A DNA stretch of 30,016 nt. Origin: Nitrososphaeraceae archaeon (GTDB lineage Archaea; Thermoproteota; Nitrososphaeria; Nitrososphaerales; Nitrososphaeraceae). The notes under the pieces were generated by a model, which was given only the letters and a program-made list of their open reading frames with translations, was not told where the DNA came from and made no database searches. Position 1 is the stretch's first letter. Every line of letters begins with the position of its first letter. The translations under genes were made by a program, and so were the position numbers. Where the stretch lies: assembly GCA_044870765.1 (NCBI GenBank), contig JBIOZG010000059.1, positions 1 to 30,016 of the forward strand, read 5' to 3'. Shown here in pieces: positions 19,112-26,769 of this stretch.

Positions 19112-19351
19112 GGTCGAACTATTCCATCATACAGACTTGCATCAGAAAGAGAAAAAAGCAAATGGAAAATATTTAGAGAACAACTAGATAAAAGTGAACG
19201 AAAGGATTTTGATGAAATGATGTCTTATTCACGATTGTATAATACTTCGGGAGTAATGGTATGCAAACCTGTCTTATTGCATCCGATTCTTATGTCTATA
19301 ATATTTGAACATTATAAGCAATTAAAAAATATTGATCTACAGAAGGAATGA
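19109..19351 (+). CDS. Small helical MGRT(I/V)PS-family protein (resembles the PolB2-operon-associated small protein, arCOG07300-like)
   Basis: MGRTIPSYRLA..E..KW..FR..LDK.ERK.FDEM ... ILMSI.FEHYKQL. The family assignment is from memory. Confidence 0.75.
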   Translation: MGRTIPSYRLASEREKSKWKIFREQLDKSERKDFDEMMSYSRLYNTSGVMVCKPVLLHPILMSIIFEHYKQLKNIDLQKE

Positions 19352-19465
19352 AGGAAAAATAATCATCTAATTTGAATTCTTGATTGGATGTTCTATCAAG
19401 TTTGTGTTAACAGAAGGCACTAGAAACTATAAATATTATGTTACTTGGTAATAAAATAACAAAAA

Positions 19466-19567
19466 TTGAGACTGACCGGGCATGGAACAGTTACAGACGT
19501 CGCCATAGTTGTTGGTATAATGGTTGTGGTGGGAGTGGTCGTCGGGATTGTCTTCAGGCTCTTTTGA
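19466..19567 (+). CDS. 33-aa single-TM micro-protein (not in ORF track)
   Basis: TTG start; MRLTGHGTVTDVAIVVGIMVVVGVVVGIVFRLF*. TATAAATA at 19428-19435 lies upstream. Confidence 0.6.
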   Translation: MRLTGHGTVTDVAIVVGIMVVVGVVVGIVFRLF

Positions 19568-19783
19568 TTTGACATAAATATTTAATGGTGTTTTCTCAAT
19601 AATTTTAGATTGGATAGTCATTACCGTAAGAAAGATTACCCAATACTACGGTTGTGACTTAATCCAAGAAATACAAAGAGGCGCTAATTGTATTTTATTA
19701 TCTCTTTCGGTTGTTGTTTCTTTATTGGTATTCTGTGAAATGGTACTACTTTTTTATTGATCTGCCTAGTTTGAAGGTATTAT

Positions 19784-19927
19784 TCATTCCTTATTCTCCT
19801 GTCTCTCCAGTCTCCTCACTCTGTGATCGAGATCTCTAAGATGACACCCAAAGCACTTGAACTCGTCTGCTTCGGTGTTGAGATTGTATAGTTCTTTTAC
19901 TTCCGAACTGCATACAGGACATTTCAT
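19784..19927 (-). CDS. 47-aa zinc-ribbon micro-protein with a charged helical tail (not in ORF track)
   Basis: MKCPVCSSEVKELYNLNTEADEFKCFGCHLRDLDHRVRRLERQENKE*, with two CxxC motifs. Confidence 0.7.
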   Translation of the reverse strand: MKCPVCSSEVKELYNLNTEADEFKCFGCHLRDLDHRVRRLERQENKE

Positions 19928-20027
19928 TTCTTATTCTCAAATATTGAAACTCGAAGGATAAAATTCTTCGTCTGGACAGTCAAGCCCCTACTGGCGATCA
20001 TATATTTCTAGAATTTCGTCATTTAAG

Positions 20028-20085
20028 ACTGGTGGGGTCTAATATGACTGGATGAACAGGAAACAGCCAATATCCCACCACCAGA
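20028..20085 (+). repeat. Hairpin repeat copy 1 (ACTGGTGGG...ATGAACAGGAAAC...CCACCAG)
   Basis: Imperfect terminal inverted repeats; the interior is homologous to copies 2 and 3. Confidence 0.7.
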
Positions 20086-20249
20086 TGTTTAGGACTTCTT
20101 ACTACTGTGATGATCTATAAGTGAATATAAACCGAGGAATTTATGATAGCACCACAAAGAAACCGCCCTTCTTAATTTATGATCGTTAAGAGCAATAATT
20201 CAAATAAAAAGTTGATTTCTTCTCAAGCATTATCACGTATAATTTCACT

Positions 20250-20305
20250 CCCTCCCTGAATCGCACTTCATATTTTAAATCATTCTAACGCTAATTTCTC
20301 TTATG
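20250..20305 (+). promoter_or_regulatory. Promoter copy 3: CCCTCCC-N16-TTTTAAA-N23-ATG
   Basis: Spacing identical to copies 1 and 2. The upstream TTTCTTC(T)CAAGCATTAT is also shared with ~18826-18842. Confidence 0.6.
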
Positions 20306-20605
20306 AACGTAGAACGATTACTACAAAACGAAATTAAGACTCTCAAAGATGGATTGAAATTGAAAAAGACGAATCTACTTACAAGCGTAATCTTAAGAAA
20401 CGAGTAATATTGATAAATTGGGTTCTAGATAATATGAAAAATTCGAATACTGACATTTGTTCTGTCATTGAGACTAGAATGAATCAACTTATAGATAATA
20501 TAAATAGATTCTATTTTTGAATCCGATCCATTAGATAGTGAATTAAGAATCCTAGATTGGATTTTCTATCAGGATTGTAGTAACAAAATAAAAAGTTTGA
20601 AATAA
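20303..20605 (+). pseudogene. Frameshifted ~100-aa helical hypothetical protein
   Basis: Stitching across two frameshifts gives MNVERLLQNEIKTLK / WIEIEKDESTYKRNLKKRVILINWVLDNMKNSNTDICSVIETRMNQLIDNIN / DSIFESDPLDSELRILDWIFYQDCSNKIKSLK*. The ATG sits at the conserved promoter position. Confidence 0.7.
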
Positions 20606-20659
20606 TATAATATTAAATAAGAGTTATAATATCGATCATAAGATTTAAAAATAATAATT

Positions 20660-20727
20660 AAGCAAACTGATGGGCATCTAACTGGTCGAATAATGAACAA
20701 GAAACAACCAAGCCCCACCAGTCGCTT
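20660..20727 (+). repeat. Hairpin repeat copy 2 (AAGC-AACTGATGGG...ATGAACAAGAAAC...CCCACCAGT-CGCTT)
   Basis: Best-paired copy of the three. Confidence 0.75.
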
Positions 20728-20972
20728 GTGTTTAGACTTAGGGTTACTTGGTTGACGTATTATATTAATTGCTGAGGTAGAATGAGACATAAGATTTTGA
20801 CAAGAAATAGTATATATTTCTAAACTATTTGTTAGTAAGTCTTATTTTTTGAGCGCTCAATTAAATAATATCATATTCAGTCTAAAGGCTTACAGTGTAA
20901 CTTGAATTGTGTTGAGTTTAAACTATTTTATAATTTGTTGAGCATTATAACATAACGAAAACGAAGAGTCTT

Positions 20973-21031
20973 GAACACATAGTGGGCTGGGGGGTTCTTG
21001 TTTATCACCAATCAACTCCTCCCACCAGTTC
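20973..21031 (-). repeat. Hairpin repeat copy 3, inverted (GAACTGGTGGG...ATTGG..ATAAACAAGAAC...CCCACTA..GTTC)
   Basis: Its reverse complement matches copies 1 and 2 in both arms and loop. Confidence 0.7.
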
Positions 21032-21075
21032 TTCGAATCAATATATAAAATTGAGATTATAATATAAAAAAAGAA

Positions 21076-21336
21076 TTAGGGAGAAGTTGAAGGCGTACGG
21101 AACAACGCCATGACATCATCGCTGTAGTCATCAAGCAACGTTTGTATCTTGTCAGGATCAGGCGGATTTTGGGCTCCTACATCTAATACGGCCTTCTCGA
21201 ATTGAGTTGTTAGTTTTTTGAATTCTGAACAACCTGGACAGTCTCTATGTGCATACACTTGCTGAGCGTTCATTGTTACTATTGTGACAATAGTTACTGA
21301 GACTAGGATTGCCAGCACGATATAAATGGATTTCAT
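21076..21336 (-). CDS. Small secreted helical protein with an N-terminal HRDCPGC motif
   Basis: Signal peptide ending QQVYA; CxxC immediately follows the predicted cleavage site. Confidence 0.8.
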   Translation of the reverse strand: MKSIYIVLAILVSVTIVTIVTMNAQQVYAHRDCPGCSEFKKLTTQFEKAVLDVGAQNPPDPDKIQTLLDDYSDDVMALFRTPSTSP

Positions 21337-21473
21337 ATTTCATTTAGAAAGGATAATCTATTAAGATTTGAGGCTATTCTCCAGAACTGCCTCCTTTAAC
21401 CCAATCTCCTACGGTTAAAAAACTATAAAATAGACTTTAATTGGGTTCCAAAATTGGAGTGCTAGCGTTATCA

Positions 21474-21502
21474 GTTCCACCGAACCCGTGTGAAATTCAC
21501 AT
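21474..21502 (+). repeat. Block pair A-B (GTTCCACCGAACC, GTGTGAAATTCACAT)
   Basis: Recurs in swapped order at 22256-22286. Both blocks are short palindromes. Confidence 0.65.
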
Positions 21503-21595
21503 CATATTTCTTAATATTATAATGTAAAATACGTTACTATTTGAATATATTATATCCTTTAATTTCTAATTACCAATCTCAAATATTGAATCTAA

Positions 21596-22183
21596 CTAAC
21601 AGATTATATCGATGATAACGTCTTGGTGAAGCGATCCAGTAAAGCTATTAAGGCTAGCGTTAGTGGCACCGCCCGGCTTCATCTGGAAATAAACTGGTAA
21701 CGACTGTCCCCCGGCTATCCCACCTAATTGCGATCCAATATTTGATAAGGATTTTTTGTTATCATAATCAATGTTTGGGGCGATAGCGACATGAGTGTTC
21801 ATTGATGGGAATATAGTAGGGTTACCCGCCGCATCACTTTTCCAGTCACCTCCCTTAATCATAATTTTTGCAACTGTATCCGAAGTCCCTTCATTTTTAA
21901 GGATGACCACCCTCTGTCCGCTCACCTGACCAGGATTAACTTGTCCGTAATTCATTGGAACTCCTGATACTATTTGAAGTCCACATGAACAGTCTTCGAG
22001 GGTCATTTTACCAAGGACAGGGTCGAACGTATTACATACCTTCTGGATCATAGTTGTTGAAGGGGCATTTATTGTAACTCCGCTCTGAAGTTTTGCCGCC
22101 TCTACAAAAACATAGGGAAATAGGTACACTAGAAGGGCAAGTCCAAAAAATAGGAATATTACAAGCAGAACTTGGTTTTTCAC
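21596..22183 (-). CDS. Secreted beta-rich hypothetical protein
   Basis: Signal peptide, CGLQIVSGVPMNYGQ, and a C-terminal Cys that may form a disulfide. Confidence 0.8.
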   Translation of the reverse strand: MKNQVLLVIFLFFGLALLVYLFPYVFVEAAKLQSGVTINAPSTTMIQKVCNTFDPVLGKMTLEDCSCGLQIVSGVPMNYGQVNPGQVSGQRVVILKNEGTSDTVAKIMIKGGDWKSDAAGNPTIFPSMNTHVAIAPNIDYDNKKSLSNIGSQLGGIAGGQSLPVYFQMKPGGATNASLNSFTGSLHQDVIIDIIC

Positions 22184-22255
22184 AAGTAAAATTTATTTAT
22201 CAATCTTATATTTAACAATTTTTTGCACACTTGTTGTAATTCTTTAATTGGACTA

Positions 22256-22286
22256 GTGTGAAATTCCACATGGTTCCCACCGAACC
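22256..22286 (+). repeat. Block pair B-A (GTGTGAAATTCCACAT, GTTCCCACCGAACC)
   Basis: Permuted copy of 21474-21502. CTTTAATTGG precedes both copies (21435 and 22242). Confidence 0.65.
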
Positions 22287-22337
22287 GGAGAAACTATAAG
22301 TTCAATCTAAAGTTACTGCACAAACTTCATGTGAAAG

Positions 22338-22628
22338 AATGGGCTTAAAATTTATGTCAAATATGATTCACAAACCTCCGAGCCAAACAAAATTTAGAGT
22401 AACAAAAATGCAGATGCTTTCATAAATGAATTTGGTTCCTTATTTCAAATAGAATTAGAAGCACTTGAATCGTCTCCTTATTTTGAGGAGATGGTTAGAA
22501 GAGAAGTTGATATATTATATGATCCAAATGTCCATGAAGAAGCACTTAATCTACCAGAAAACAACCTAACGGAACGCGAAATCAAAGAAACAATTGTGGA
22601 AAAACTAAAGGAAAGATTTTCACTTTAA
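22338..22628 (+). pseudogene. Remnant of an acidic helical protein with an in-frame TAG
   Basis: NGLKIYVKYDSQTSEPNKI*SNKNADAFINEFGSLFQIELEALESSPYFEEMVRRE...KERFSL*, with no good start codon. Confidence 0.45.
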
Positions 22629-22636
22629 TTTTATTA

Positions 22637-23719
22637 TTATTTCCTTTTTCTCTGTTTCATTACTTCATTCTTAAGGTTCTCAAAGTCTGCCCTCAAAGAC
22701 TCAATTTGAGATTTTTCAATTTGGATTGTCTGCTCCAGTTTCAGTTTAAGCCTATTTTCTTCATTTATTGTCAGTAATCCTACTGCCTTCAAATATTCAT
22801 TTAACATCTCTTGCTCAGTTGGCCTATAGTAACAAGATGCCAATCCTATTTCATGCCCCAATAACTTTTCACGGATTTCAGGATTTATTCGAGAGTTGAC
22901 GCATTGTGTTGTGAAAAACTTGCGGAATCCGTGTGATCTAGATACATCTTGTCTAGTATAGTTTGAGGTATGATTGACAACCTTAACGCCGGATTTTATC
23001 AAAGCAGTATTAACAATTACCTTTATTGTATGTAATGTAATGCCTTTGCTCCTATTTCGGACCTGCTCTATGTCTGTGATATCGAACTGATCTCTAATCA
23101 GAAAAGATTCCTTGTGTAAATTCTCGCCATTTTGTTTTCTATATTCTAAATAGGAATCAATGAATGACGTACATTCCGGAGTACAGAAGGTATAATATTG
23201 CTCGTTGGTTCCTTCATAAACAATTATTTTATAAACCGAATCAACCTTTTCGATGTTCCTTAACCTTAGTAATGGTATAGCACCTATTCTAATTCCTGCA
23301 GAGGCCATTAAAAGTATAATACTCTTCATTCTCAGATCAGAAACATCTAGTATTTTTTTTATCTCCTTGTCAGTATAGGCCCTGTCTACAAATTTCTTAA
23401 ATTCACCTTTGAACATGTTAATTTTTTTCTTATTCAAAACTACATCATTCATTTCGTAGAAGTGGTAAATTGCACACAGAGACAGCGAAAGTGTATTGTA
23501 CGATAAACCTTTTTCTCTTAATGACATCAAATATTTTACTATTTGTTTCTGTGTATCCGTTAACAGAAGATCTGATAATTTGGTTACATTGCAAAACTTC
23601 ATGAATAATTTAATATTCTTCTCATAGGTTTCTTTGGTAACTTCGGACTTGATTGAATTTATGAAATTAAAGTATATTTCCTCTTCATTTTTGGAATTCT
23701 CACGGGTTAGGGTTGTCAT
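22637..23719 (-). CDS. Tyrosine recombinase/integrase (XerD-like, with N-terminal SAM-like domain and C-terminal coiled coil)
   Basis: Catalytic residues are intact: GIRIGA (R), HGFRK (HxxR), LLGH (H) and SCYY (Y). Confidence 0.95.
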   Translation of the reverse strand: MTTLTRENSKNEEEIYFNFINSIKSEVTKETYEKNIKLFMKFCNVTKLSDLLLTDTQKQIVKYLMSLREKGLSYNTLSLSLCAIYHFYEMNDVVLNKKKINMFKGEFKKFVDRAYTDKEIKKILDVSDLRMKSIILLMASAGIRIGAIPLLRLRNIEKVDSVYKIIVYEGTNEQYYTFCTPECTSFIDSYLEYRKQNGENLHKESFLIRDQFDITDIEQVRNRSKGITLHTIKVIVNTALIKSGVKVVNHTSNYTRQDVSRSHGFRKFFTTQCVNSRINPEIREKLLGHEIGLASCYYRPTEQEMLNEYLKAVGLLTINEENRLKLKLEQTIQIEKSQIESLRADFENLKNEVMKQRKRK

Positions 23720-23768
23720 AGCGATCCATACCTTATCGCCGTATATGATAACTAATTATTAAAGAGTA

Positions 23769-23800
23769 TATAACTAGACGGTAACTCTAGCTACAGGTAA
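23769..23800 (+). mobile_element. attR: element arm TATAACTAGA, spacer CGGTAAC, host arm TCTAGCTACA, followed by the displaced stop of the 18380 gene
   Basis: AAC TCT AGC TAC AGG TAA (NSSYR*) mirrors AAC TCT AGT TAT AAT TGA (NSSYN*) at attL. It lies 50 bp upstream of the integrase start. Confidence 0.8.
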
Positions 23801-23850
23801 TTGCATTGATTTAGCAACCAAATTATAAGACCTACAATTTGCATAATCTC

Positions 23851-24783
23851 ATGCAGGTTGAGGGTAGAATAATTATCTGCGATGCTATAGATGAAATAGG
23901 AATATCTATATTGAAAAAAGCGGGCCTGGTTGTCGATTACAAACCCGATGTTGAGCCTGATGAATTAATAACTTCTGTAAAAGACTGCGATGTAATAATA
24001 GTTAGAAGCAGAACCAAGATAACAAAGGACATAATTGACGCTGCTCCAAACGTCAAAATCATTGCTAGAGTAGGCGTAGGATTGGATAATATTGATACAA
24101 ATTATGCGGATACTAAGGGAATTAAGGTTTTGAATGCTGCTGAGGCTGCAATGAATGCAGTGTCAGAACTTGTAATAGGCCATATGATATCACTATGCAG
24201 AAATATTCCAAAGGCCAACGATGGGATAAAGGTAGGCAAATGGTTAAAAAAAGAACTCGTTGGTAGCGAGCTTAGAGGAAAATATTTGGGAATAATCGGA
24301 GTGGGAAATATAGGAAGAAATGTCGGTAGAATAGCAAAATGTCTCCGTATGAACTTGATAGGCTACGACATTTTTCCCATAAATCAAGAATATGTTAGAG
24401 AAGTAGGAATGATAAAAACGGATTTAAAGACGCTGCTTGAAAATTCAGACTTTGTCACGTGTCATGTGCCATTAACCGCTGAAACTAAACATCTGATAAA
24501 TTCAGAGACACTGTCGTACATGAAACCAACCGCCTATCTCATCAACACATCTAGAGGAGAAATAATAGATGAGCAATCTTTGTTTATTGCGTTAAGTGAA
24601 AAAAGAATTGCTGGAGCAGCACTCGATGTTTTCGAAGTAGAACCTCCAACCAACACCGAGTTACTACACTTGCCAAACATCATTTGCACCCCTCATGTTG
24701 CTGCTCAAACAAAAGAAGCGCAGGAGCTTGCTTCAACGGTCATAGCAGAAAAGGTAATCCAGACGCTGCTGACCAATAGATGA
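23851..24783 (+). CDS. serA: D-3-phosphoglycerate dehydrogenase-like D-2-hydroxyacid dehydrogenase, no ACT domain (start 23851 or 23839)
   Basis: Motifs VRSRTK, RVGVGLDNID, GIIGVGNIG, HVPLT, INTSRG, ALDVFEVEP and TPHV. Confidence 0.85.
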   Translation: MQVEGRIIICDAIDEIGISILKKAGLVVDYKPDVEPDELITSVKDCDVIIVRSRTKITKDIIDAAPNVKIIARVGVGLDNIDTNYADTKGIKVLNAAEAAMNAVSELVIGHMISLCRNIPKANDGIKVGKWLKKELVGSELRGKYLGIIGVGNIGRNVGRIAKCLRMNLIGYDIFPINQEYVREVGMIKTDLKTLLENSDFVTCHVPLTAETKHLINSETLSYMKPTAYLINTSRGEIIDEQSLFIALSEKRIAGAALDVFEVEPPTNTELLHLPNIICTPHVAAQTKEAQELASTVIAEKVIQTLLTNR

Positions 24784-24890
24784 AGTATTAAATCAATCTC
24801 AAAAACGATTCATTTTTGCTCTTTTTTATTCGTATTATGGCGACTCAACAAAATACAGATATTAAGGTCTTGTCTGGAGTTATCTGTTAT

Positions 24891-25349
24891 ATGCATCAGT
24901 ACATGGCCGACATGTGGACGAAGATGTGGAAAACCAACTCGGAGGAATTAAAGAGTAGAGCAATGGCATGGAGAAAAGAACCCACCATACATAGAGTAGA
25001 CAAACCTAGCAGACTGGATAGAGCTCATAAACTGGGGTACAAAGCAAAACAGGGCATCATTGTAATTCGCACAAAAGTTGGAAGAGGCGGAATGAGAAAG
25101 CAACGTCCCGTATCTGGTAGAAGGCCAAAGCACCTAGGTGTAGTTAGAATTAAGCAAGCAGAAAGTATGAAGCTAGTTGCACAACGAAGAGTAAACGAAA
25201 AGTATCCTAATATGGAAGTTCTGGGTTCTTATTTCCTTTATAAAGATGGTAAAAACATATGGTACGAAATTATATTGGCAGACCCTTCTCATCCATCAAT
25301 AGCAAGAGACGTGGAATTCAAAAAGAAATTAAAGGCGTTTGCTAAATAA
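24891..25349 (+). CDS. rpl15e: 50S ribosomal protein eL15 (start revised from 24816)
   Basis: Motifs RLDRAHKLGYKAKQG, RGGMRK.RP..GRRPK, KYPNMEVLGSY and YEIILADP.HP.I. Confidence 0.95.
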   Translation: MHQYMADMWTKMWKTNSEELKSRAMAWRKEPTIHRVDKPSRLDRAHKLGYKAKQGIIVIRTKVGRGGMRKQRPVSGRRPKHLGVVRIKQAESMKLVAQRRVNEKYPNMEVLGSYFLYKDGKNIWYEIILADPSHPSIARDVEFKKKLKAFAK

Positions 25350-25356
25350 ATTGATG

Positions 25357-25776
25357 TTAATTAGAATAACTATTAATTTTTTCAGTTAGCAAATCTACTA
25401 ATTTTATTAATTCTTGGCTTGCAATGTCATTATCAAATGTGACATAATAGTATCCCCCCGATCGAATCGGAATAGTCAAAGTTATCACCTTCTGATTTAC
25501 GGTTAGAGTGTAAAGCGTGTTGCCCAAGACAGGATCAAATGCTTTTCGTAACTGATTACGGGTAGCCTCAATAAAATGTTCATTTATTGCATGTTCAACA
25601 TTAAGTAATGGTACAAGTCCAGCACGTAACTGTCCGGCAATTGTCCTCCCAAAATTATTTATCATACCAACGTACCGCACTTTTTGTGACGATAAGAGTA
25701 AATCATGACATCTCTCTTTGTTCTTGATAGACTCCCCTCGTGCAAGCAGATTGTTCTCCTTTTTTTCCATAAGCAA
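25357..25776 (-). CDS. Thaumarchaeal roadblock/profilin-like hypothetical protein (DUF6659-like)
   Basis: C..LL....VRYVGMINNFGRTIAG..R.G..PLL ... R..FD..LG pattern. Confidence 0.7.
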   Translation of the reverse strand: MLMEKKENNLLARGESIKNKERCHDLLLSSQKVRYVGMINNFGRTIAGQLRAGLVPLLNVEHAINEHFIEATRNQLRKAFDPVLGNTLYTLTVNQKVITLTIPIRSGGYYYVTFDNDIASQELIKLVDLLTEKINSYSN

Positions 25777-25877
25777 GTAAAGTAATTTTACTAGTTATAT
25801 TTTTTAATGTCATGATTCCGTTTCCGATCAATAGGTTTTAATGGTCAATTGTAATTGATTACAAAGATATATCCAAA

Positions 25878-26411
25878 ATGAACAAAAGTACGATATATAG
25901 TTTGATTGGAATTGCAATTATTATTGGAGGCGGTCTACTTGCTATTCACACATTATTTGGATCCTTTAATCCTTTTTATGTAGTAGTTAGTGGCAGCATG
26001 ATTCCGACAATAAACATAGGCGATATCGTAATAATTAAGAATAATTCATTTGATACTTCATTTAATAATCTTAAAGTCGGAGACATTATAGTTTTCAGAG
26101 CGCCTGAAGCTAAAACGGAAGATGGAAAACCAAAAGTTATAGTACACAGAATAGATGAAATTGGCAACTTTTTTCAAAAAGAAGTCATTAGAACAAAAGG
26201 AGATGCAAACCCTTATTCCATCCCAGGGATAGACTACCCGCTATTTACAGAGAATTACGTTGGAAAAGTTGTATATGTAGTACCAAAGATAGGAACAATT
26301 TCAATGATTATAACTCCTCCTATTAATTACATCATAATGGCAATTATAATTGGACTGTTAATCTATTCCATAAGACCGAAAAAAGTAAAACCTGATAATG
26401 AGACGGTATAA
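25878..26411 (+). CDS. Signal peptidase I, archaeal Sec11/SipW type
   Basis: N- and C-terminal TMs; VSGSM.P (Ser), GDIIVF, IVHR (His) and TKGDAN. Confidence 0.93.
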   Translation: MNKSTIYSLIGIAIIIGGGLLAIHTLFGSFNPFYVVVSGSMIPTINIGDIVIIKNNSFDTSFNNLKVGDIIVFRAPEAKTEDGKPKVIVHRIDEIGNFFQKEVIRTKGDANPYSIPGIDYPLFTENYVGKVVYVVPKIGTISMIITPPINYIIMAIIIGLLIYSIRPKKVKPDNETV

Positions 26412-26425
26412 CTTTTATTATCGTG

Positions 26426-26740
26426 TCAAATTAGAATGTAAACCCAACCGTCTTTGACCTCTGTGCCATATGTCTTGAGAGATTCTTCGGCTGGTAAATT
26501 CTCAGGTACCCCACTTTCTAGATTAAATCTAGACATGTGGAGCGGACAGGTAACGGTGTTATCGTCTTCATTCAAGAATCCGGTAGAAAGATCGGCATAC
26601 GCGTGTGTGCATATCCTATCAGTAGCGTAGATTTTGTTTTTTATTTTTGTAATTAGAATTTTTTTATCGTCGTGATCAAAATCTAACATTTCACCGCTAT
26701 TTAGTGTCTTTATCTCACATACCTTAATCCATGAACTCAA
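26426..26740 (-). CDS. Rieske [2Fe-2S] ferredoxin
   Basis: CTH...L..G ... CPLH.S.F.L.SG; lies immediately downstream of sufD. Confidence 0.93.
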   Translation of the reverse strand: MSSWIKVCEIKTLNSGEMLDFDHDDKKILITKIKNKIYATDRICTHAYADLSTGFLNEDDNTVTCPLHMSRFNLESGVPENLPAEESLKTYGTEVKDGWVYILI

Positions 26741-26769
26741 AATAAATCACATTTAGCAAAATTTTCCAT

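Larger units (their letters stand above)
18751..23790. mobile_element. ~5.0 kb integrated tyrosine-recombinase element (genomic islet)
   Basis: Terminal integrase; 9-bp direct repeat TAACTCTAG (12/14 when extended); a reconstructable palindromic attP; low coding density with pseudogenes between housekeeping genes. Confidence 0.85.

Noticed and set aside
19436-19621. 61-aa His-rich - strand ORF
   Set aside because: The His/Asn richness is the antisense image of the Val-rich TM peptide on the + strand.
20569-20790. 73-aa - strand ORF
   Set aside because: It runs through hairpin repeat copy 2 and the end of the pseudogene, and its composition looks non-coding.
20028-21031. CRISPR array or canonical integron interpretation of the repeats
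   Set aside because: Spacing is irregular, orientation is mixed and there are no cas genes. There are no RYYYAAC/GTTRRRY attC ends, and the integrase is not recognisably IntI.
25790-25800. CTAGTTATA resembling the att arm
   Set aside because: An isolated half-site in an AT-rich divergent promoter region, with no partner arm.
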